A model generated the notes under the pieces. It searched no databases. It saw only the letters and a list, made by a program, of their open reading frames with translations, and was not told the DNA's origin. The position numbers were made by a program, and so were the translations under genes. A stretch of DNA of 4,552 nt from a virus (Duplodnaviria > Heunggongvirae > Uroviricota > Caudoviricetes): IMG/VR virus record IMGVR_UViG_2700989159_000002; one strand, written 5' to 3'. Below, piece by piece: positions 1 through 4,552 of this stretch (position 1 is its first letter; every line of letters starts with the position of its first letter).

Positions 1-16
1 GAGTATTTTTAGTCAT
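1..16 (-). CDS. Possible 5' end of the next downstream gene (ATG at 16..14, reads MTKNT and runs off the window); product unknown
   Basis: Minus-strand ATG at 16..14 preceded by AAGAGG (revcomp of 25..30) with an 8-nt spacer. Only 5 codons are visible, so this is a start-site prediction only. Confidence 0.25.
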
Positions 17-141
17 CCTGTTTACCTCTTTCTCAGGAAGTTTAGTCTCCAGGATTCCCGGGGCGGTTCACGTTGGGTTTTTCTGCTCATTATTAGCTCC
101 TTCTGATGCCATTCTATTTCAGGAAGGAGTGTCCGTTAAAC

Positions 142-1872
142 TCAGGCTACCTCAACTCTCTTTTCAATAGGGTCAAGGTTTTTCATCCCGCCAAGATCTT
201 CTGCCACCTGTTTGAGCATTGACCTTGTTGATGGCGCATCAATTTTTGCACCTGCAGGCATCGCCTTTTCAACATTGCGATAAAGCTGGTCGCTTCGTTT
301 CATCAGCGCAGACATTCTTCCATTGACCGTATCAATAAACTTGTCGCTCATACCAAGAGCATCTTTTGCACCGGAAACGCGATCAATTATCTCACCCGCG
401 CCCTGTGCTAGCTGCCTGATTGCTTCATTTTCCTGCACCTGTAGAGCAGAACCCGCACGGGACTTGATTGCTTGCTCAACTGCCTTGTATTGCTCGTTCC
501 CGGAAAAGTGTGAAGGGAGTAATGAATCAACATTAAGCCTTTCAGCAGACTCCAGAACTTCAGCCTGAGGATTGATATCTAGTTCATCAAGCGATGAAGC
601 GAGATTTGGCCTTTTTTGTGCTGCTACTGTGCGAACGACTTCCTCTGGGTTCTTCGTCGCAGGCGTCATTGGTACACCTTGTGCTACTCTTGCCTCTGCG
701 GCATGAACCGCAGGATTTGTTGCTGCAGCGGCATCACCGGAGAATGGTGATGTTTCTGTTGGCGCAGTGGTCGCTCTCTGTGCAGATGTTTTATTGCCAC
801 TAATTATATTTGATGCACCACGAACACCACGGGTAACGCCATTTATCAGGCCATGCGTAGCAATGCTAAGTCCGGCATTAATAGCGGCATTTTCGGCAAA
901 ATCACCCCGTTGATTCGCCGCGTCAGCGAGAGAACCAATGACCATGTTTCCAGCTACACCTGCTCCAGGAACAAGATAACCGCCTATTGACTCTCCAGCT
1001 TGCGCGTAGGGGTCTGTCGGTCTGTCTACTGGACGATAAACATCATCCAATACTTTTGGCCCCCCAAGCCCCTGACTGATTGCATTAATCAGACTTGCGC
1101 CACCCTGCAATACGTCAAATGGTATGTTTACCAGACCACGACCAGCCTGTTCTGCAATTTGCCCTGCACTTTGACCACCAGTGAGCCAATCGCCAGCTTG
1201 TTGCATCAATGATGGTTCTTCCCGTGTTGGTGCATTATTGGCCTGATTAACTGTTTGTTGCTGAACAGGTTTCGGTGCGACAGAACTTACGGGTTGAGGT
1301 GGCTGCTGACTGGCTGCCTGCTGCTCAATCTGAGCAAATGGATTATTTGGGTCTGACTGCACACCTGATGCCGATACTTGTTCGGATGACTGTACTTCCA
1401 GTTGTGCAAACGGGTTGTTAGGGTCTTGCTGAGGATGTACCTTTGCAGAGGTGGCGCGCTGTTCGACTGTTGAGTCTGTCACCGGGTCACCAGCCCATTG
1501 AGCAAAGCGATCATCAACGTAACCGCGGCCTTCAGGTCCTGGCGTATATTCACCACGCTTTGCCTTCATAACGTTGCCGGGACCGTCGTGATAAGCCTGA
1601 AGAGAGTCACGCCAGTTACCAAACTGCTGGTACATCTTTGCCAGATAGCGCGCGCCAGCGTCAGCCTGATATTCGGGGTTTTGCATTTGCTCATCGGTAT
1701 AACCCATATCACGCCATGTCCCAGGCATGACCTGAGTCAATCCTACAGCCCCGGCGGAGCTTACTGCGGCAGGGTTGTAAGAAGACTCCTTGGCACCCAG
1801 TGCAGTCATCAACCCTTCTGGCACACCGTAACGTGCGCCAGCCTGCTCTAACAAATCACGGTAATTAGCCAT
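142..1872 (-). CDS. Virion ejection/internal protein with N-terminal lytic transglycosylase (SLT) domain, at the position of P22 gp16
   Basis: 576-aa ORF, ATG at 1872..1870 directly after the upstream stop (TAAATG), TGA stop at 144..142. Residues ~20-100 carry family-1 lytic transglycosylase motifs read directly from the translation: AKESS (candidate catalytic Glu29, codon 1786..1788), GLTQVMP, AYHDGPG. This is followed by a Q/P-rich linker with a duplicated DPNNPFAQ motif, a Gly-rich hydrophobic segment and a charged helical C-terminus. The gp16 assignment is by synteny and size only. Confidence 0.85.
   Translation of the reverse strand: MANYRDLLEQAGARYGVPEGLMTALGAKESSYNPAAVSSAGAVGLTQVMPGTWRDMGYTDEQMQNPEYQADAGARYLAKMYQQFGNWRDSLQAYHDGPGNVMKAKRGEYTPGPEGRGYVDDRFAQWAGDPVTDSTVEQRATSAKVHPQQDPNNPFAQLEVQSSEQVSASGVQSDPNNPFAQIEQQAASQQPPQPVSSVAPKPVQQQTVNQANNAPTREEPSLMQQAGDWLTGGQSAGQIAEQAGRGLVNIPFDVLQGGASLINAISQGLGGPKVLDDVYRPVDRPTDPYAQAGESIGGYLVPGAGVAGNMVIGSLADAANQRGDFAENAAINAGLSIATHGLINGVTRGVRGASNIISGNKTSAQRATTAPTETSPFSGDAAAATNPAVHAAEARVAQGVPMTPATKNPEEVVRTVAAQKRPNLASSLDELDINPQAEVLESAERLNVDSLLPSHFSGNEQYKAVEQAIKSRAGSALQVQENEAIRQLAQGAGEIIDRVSGAKDALGMSDKFIDTVNGRMSALMKRSDQLYRNVEKAMPAGAKIDAPSTRSMLKQVAEDLGGMKNLDPIEKRVEVA
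1330..1425. repeat. Imperfect tandem direct repeat (72-bp period) inside the SLT-protein linker, encoding two copies of DPNNPFAQ
   Basis: Plus-strand tgagcaaatggattatttgggtc (1331..1353) and tgtgcaaacgggttgttagggtc (1403..1425) are near-identical and 72 nt apart. They encode residues 174-181 and 150-157, both DPNNPFAQ. Confidence 0.6.
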
Positions 1873-3273
1873 TTACTGCCCCAAAGATGGAAGATATCCG
1901 TAGCGATTAATGAAGTCGATTGACAGCTCGGGGTGCTGCTTCAGGTAATCTATAGAAGCCTGAGGCGCTTCCACTCGCTTGATACCGTTTTGCTGAACGT
2001 ACTTACCAACCGCCTCATTACGCTTCTGGTTGAGCGTGTTCAGGATGACGCCAGCGTTGCGACGAAAGGACTCCTCGCTCTGCGAGTTCTGCAGCGAACC
2101 AACAGCCTGGTCGAGCTTTTTGCCCTCGGCATCAGAAAGTGCGCCCATGCCTCGCATGGCCTGAACCGCTGTCAGGTATGCTTGTGATTTAAAGGTATCA
2201 AGTCGTGCCTGAGTGTCTGCAGCCTGTGAGCCTGGAACGTTGGGGATTACTCCACGTAAGCCTGTAATGCTCTTAAGTGAAGGAGAACTAACGATATCGT
2301 TCAGAGTGAACATGCTGGTTGTGAGGGTGTTGATGCCGTCTTTGTAGCCATCATTTAGCGCTTGCTGCTTCTGCTGCAACTGCTGGTTGTTGGCTGCTAT
2401 GCGGCTCTGTATTTCCTGGCGCTTCAGGTCGTTAGTTTCTGCTGATAGCATCCGGTCAAGGCGCTTATTTTCGTTGTTAATGCGGTTTGTTTCTGCGTCC
2501 AGATTAATGCGCTGCTGACCTAAATTCGCCTGGATATCTTGTCCGCGCATTGTGATTGCCTGATTCCGAGCGGCGGTTTGCGAATCCAGATCCTGACCGC
2601 GCATGGTAACCTGGCGACCCTGCATTTTATCCTGTAGGTCAAAGTATTTTTCGGGCCCGAGACTGTTCATCCCCAGGTGATCGACAAATTCGCCGAACTG
2701 CCGCGGGTTCTGTTGGTACATCTGAGCGACGTCATGAGGATTAACGCCAACACGAGCTAACTCACCGGCGTTGTTTTGCAGCCATGATTGCATTGCTTCT
2801 GGAGACGATGACGCAAGGCGTGCGCCAGCCGCTAAGGTGCCGATAGAATTACGCTGCTCTTCATCAATGAATCCCATGCCTTTACGAACGGATTCAATCT
2901 GGTCTGGATATTGAGTAGCCAACTGACGCAAAGCACCGCGATCACCAGACGCATAAGCATTAGCGTACGCCTGCTGAAATTCTTTCTGCCGCTGAGCCTG
3001 CTTTTCCTGCTGAAAAACACCCGCAATACCTGAAAGACCTTGCAAAGCAGTCAGCCCAACATTGTTAGCGCCTGAACGCTCAATATCATTGTTCTGCCTG
3101 ATAAGCTGANNNNNNNNNNNNNNNNNNNNNNNNNNNNNNNNNNNNNNNNNNNNNNNNNNNNNNNNNNNNNNNNNNNNNNNNNNNNNNNNNNNNNNNNNNN
3201 NNNNNNNNNNNNNNNNNNNNNNNNNNNNNNNNNNNNNNNNNNNNNNNNNNNNNNNNNNNNNNNNNNNNNNNNN
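1873..3273 (-). CDS. Q/N-rich coiled-coil ejection protein at the position of P22 gp20; the 5' end lies inside the assembly gap
   Basis: Continuous minus-strand reading frame from 3109 down to the TAA stop at 1875..1873, which directly abuts the ATG of the next gene. About 411 aa are supported by sequence; the start codon and roughly 55 N-terminal codons are hidden in the N-run 3110..3273. The sequence is rich in Q/N/R with coiled-coil character and MRGQD-type repeats. The ORF-track N-terminus (MGRWYW...) is read in a frame overlapping the upstream gene and is an artefact. Confidence 0.75.
   Translation of the reverse strand, partial: XXXXXXXXXXXXXXXXXXXXXXXXXXXXXXXXXXXXXXXXXXXXXXXXXXXXXXXQLIRQNNDIERSGANNVGLTALQGLSGIAGVFQQEKQAQRQKEFQQAYANAYASGDRGALRQLATQYPDQIESVRKGMGFIDEEQRNSIGTLAAGARLASSSPEAMQSWLQNNAGELARVGVNPHDVAQMYQQNPRQFGEFVDHLGMNSLGPEKYFDLQDKMQGRQVTMRGQDLDSQTAARNQAITMRGQDIQANLGQQRINLDAETNRINNENKRLDRMLSAETNDLKRQEIQSRIAANNQQLQQKQQALNDGYKDGINTLTTSMFTLNDIVSSPSLKSITGLRGVIPNVPGSQAADTQARLDTFKSQAYLTAVQAMRGMGALSDAEGKKLDQAVGSLQNSQSEESFRRNAGVILNTLNQKRNEAVGKYVQQNGIKRVEAPQASIDYLKQHPELSIDFINRYGYLPSLGQ
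3110..3273. other. Assembly gap (run of 164 N)
   Basis: Uninterrupted n characters from 3110 to 3273. Confidence 1.
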
Positions 3274-3278
3274 CCCCC

Positions 3279-3971
3279 TTAAAACAACGAGCCAAGCAAT
3301 CCGATACCAGCACCAATACCAGCGCCCCAAGGCGTTGATGTTCCCAAAAGGCTGGCAAGACCTGCACCGGCAATCGCACCAGACGTGCCACCGCTAATTG
3401 CAGTCTGAAGACTTGATGGTTTATTGGCATTAGCAGCGGCAAGAGCTGCGCTTTGCTGTGCAATGCTGCTCATGTTGTTGGCGTACGTCTGCCCGGCGTT
3501 TGCCTGACCTTGCAGCGCACCAAGCCCAACGTTTGCCAGATTGTTGTAATTGCTCATCTGATTTGATAACCAAGACTGACCGAGTGTCGGCGCGATCGTA
3601 GCCAGTTGATTGCTTGTGGCTGTCGAACCAAGTCCACCCGTCGCCTCCGCAGCAGCAAGACTCTGGTAACGCGCCTGCCCTGCAAGGTCTTTATACTGCT
3701 TAGAGTTGTAATACTGATTAAGTGCCTGCCCCTGACCTTCTAAACTGGAAAGGTTCTGAAGCTGGTTAACATACTGCTCCGCAAGAGGCGTGAACGGAGC
3801 AAGGTTTTTCATGATCGTCTGCCACTGCTGATTTTGCAGGTCTGCAGCATACTTCTGGGCTTCTGCTGCATACTTTGCGCTTTTATCAGAACTGCCACCT
3901 TTCCCGCCTTTTTCAGGGCAATAAGGTTCCTCGCCGCGCAGTTTTCTGCCCAGCTTAAATGCATATAACAT
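3279..3971 (-). CDS. Ejection protein at the position of P22 gp7, with a C-terminal glycine-zipper hydrophobic segment
   Basis: 230-aa ORF, ATG at 3971..3969 preceded by GGGAG (revcomp of 3978..3982) with a 6-nt spacer, TAA stop at 3281..3279. The size matches P22 gp7 (about 229 aa, recalled). The C-terminal ~37 residues (GGTSGAIAGAGLASLLGTSTPWGAGIGAGIGLLGSLF) are Gly/Ala/Leu-rich and membrane-insertion-like. Confidence 0.85.
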   Translation of the reverse strand: MLYAFKLGRKLRGEEPYCPEKGGKGGSSDKSAKYAAEAQKYAADLQNQQWQTIMKNLAPFTPLAEQYVNQLQNLSSLEGQGQALNQYYNSKQYKDLAGQARYQSLAAAEATGGLGSTATSNQLATIAPTLGQSWLSNQMSNYNNLANVGLGALQGQANAGQTYANNMSSIAQQSAALAAANANKPSSLQTAISGGTSGAIAGAGLASLLGTSTPWGAGIGAGIGLLGSLF

Positions 3972-3973
3972 GG

Positions 3974-4429
3974 CTATCTCCCGTGATTCAGGAAGTCGAT
4001 TAGTTCTTCGCGTGTGGCGCTGTAAAAAGTCACGTCATCCACGCCTTTGAAGTATTTCTTGATGGTTCCTACACGCTTAAGGCCAATCATTGCGCAGTAC
4101 ATCTGACCGTGTCGGAATTTGCGTGCAGCGAACGATGTTACGCACTGAACGGTGGTGTTAGTCAGAATGTATCGCCAGAACGCCAGCCCAATTTCCTTGC
4201 TGAAGCCGCGAATCTCTGGCAGGTACATGGCGTGGCAATCTAATGTCAGCGGCTGAATCTCCTGATAGTAAACAATGCCGCCAAACTGACCGTGCACGTT
4301 CACCTCAAAGTAACGGCATTCAGGTTTGTAGTCGTATCCATCACCGTTGTTGCTCCCGGCGATAATGTCAGGGTGATTTCCGACTGCTTCTATCAGGTCG
4401 ATGTTTCGCGTTGGTTTGAATGTAATCAT
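3974..4429 (-). CDS. Small conserved late protein at the position of P22 gene 14; function uncertain
   Basis: ORF with ATG at 4429..4427 (the track uses the adjacent in-frame GTG at 4432..4430), GGAG 8 nt upstream, TAG stop at 3976..3974. The start overlaps the upstream stop by 1 nt (TGATG), and the stop lies 2 nt from the next ATG. Placement is by synteny only. Confidence 0.8.
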   Translation of the reverse strand: MITFKPTRNIDLIEAVGNHPDIIAGSNNGDGYDYKPECRYFEVNVHGQFGGIVYYQEIQPLTLDCHAMYLPEIRGFSKEIGLAFWRYILTNTTVQCVTSFAARKFRHGQMYCAMIGLKRVGTIKKYFKGVDDVTFYSATREELIDFLNHGR

Positions 4430-4552
4430 CACTGCTCCGCGATTATCTTGATGGTTGTGGCAGTAAACGCCGCACCATTCGACTGAATGGTTAACGTACT
4501 GCCATTTGTGGCAAGAAAGCCGTCTTTATCCACGCTGAAGAACGTAGCTAAC
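4429..4552 (-). CDS. 3' end of an upstream late gene (C-terminal 40 aa: LATFFSVDKDGFLATNGSTLTIQSNGAAFTATTIKIIAEQ); by P22 synteny this would be the tail-needle gene 26, unconfirmed
   Basis: The only open minus-strand frame from the window edge. It ends in TGA at 4431..4429, overlapping the next ATG by 1 nt, which is the classic coupled junction. Other frames hit stops immediately. Confidence 0.55.
   Translation of the reverse strand, partial: LATFFSVDKDGFLATNGSTLTIQSNGAAFTATTIKIIAEQ

Noticed and set aside
97-129. Intrinsic terminator downstream of the SLT protein
   Set aside because: An inverted repeat is present, but the loop is long (19 nt) and no U-tract follows on the minus strand, so it does not fit a canonical rho-independent terminator.
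323-568. Plus-strand ORFs from the track (323..568, 594..803, 1000..1212, 1498..1851, 1933..2187, 4292..4486)
   Set aside because: All lie entirely antisense to long, well-supported minus-strand genes, lack convincing RBS or start context, and translate to low-complexity Cys/Leu-rich strings typical of antisense frames.
142-1872. SLT protein read as a conjugative VirB1-like transglycosylase, or as a long-tail tape-measure protein
   Set aside because: The flanking genes are translationally coupled phage-type ejection proteins with a podovirus-like size pattern. No T4SS genes or long-tail genes are present in the window.
2832-3026. 64-aa minus-strand ORF nested in the gp20-position gene
   Set aside because: Alternate-frame ORF fully embedded in a longer coding frame, with no independent start signals.
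3274-3330. N-terminal segment of the track's 485-aa ORF (MGRWYWCWYRIAWLVVLRG...), upstream of the gap
   Set aside because: It exists only because the frame was read through 164 N (X residues). It overlaps the C-terminal coding sequence of the gp7-position gene in another frame, and the true start is inside the gap.
3086-3463. 125-aa minus-strand ORF spanning the gap
   Set aside because: Same artefact: it is open only through the N-run and overlaps the real gp7-position and gp20-position frames.
1-4552. CRISPR array, tRNA/rRNA, IS element or defence system
   Set aside because: No spacer-repeat periodicity, no cloverleaf-like or rRNA-like segments, and no terminal inverted repeats or transposase-like ORF. 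The whole window is accounted for by one phage late operon plus a short intergenic region.

Overview
All strong coding signal in this window lies on the minus strand and forms one tightly packed, translationally coupled operon, read from high to low coordinates: a partial upstream gene (4429..4552), a 151-aa protein, a 230-aa Gly-rich protein, a ~470-aa Q/N-rich coiled-coil protein interrupted by a 164-N assembly gap, and a 576-aa protein with an N-terminal lytic transglycosylase (SLT) domain. The sizes and order (about 150 / 230 / 470-485 / 576 aa) match, from memory, the gene 14-7-20-16 ejection-protein block of P22-like short-tailed phages, so I read this as the DNA-ejection module of a P22-like phage or prophage in an enterobacterial-type genome. 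This attribution rests on synteny, size and composition, not on a database search. The one clear departure from canonical P22 as I recall it is the SLT domain fused to the gp16-position protein. I see no tRNA, rRNA, CRISPR array, IS element or recognisable defence system, and I do not find evidence for a previously undescribed system. Plus-strand ORFs in the track are antisense to the operon and look spurious.
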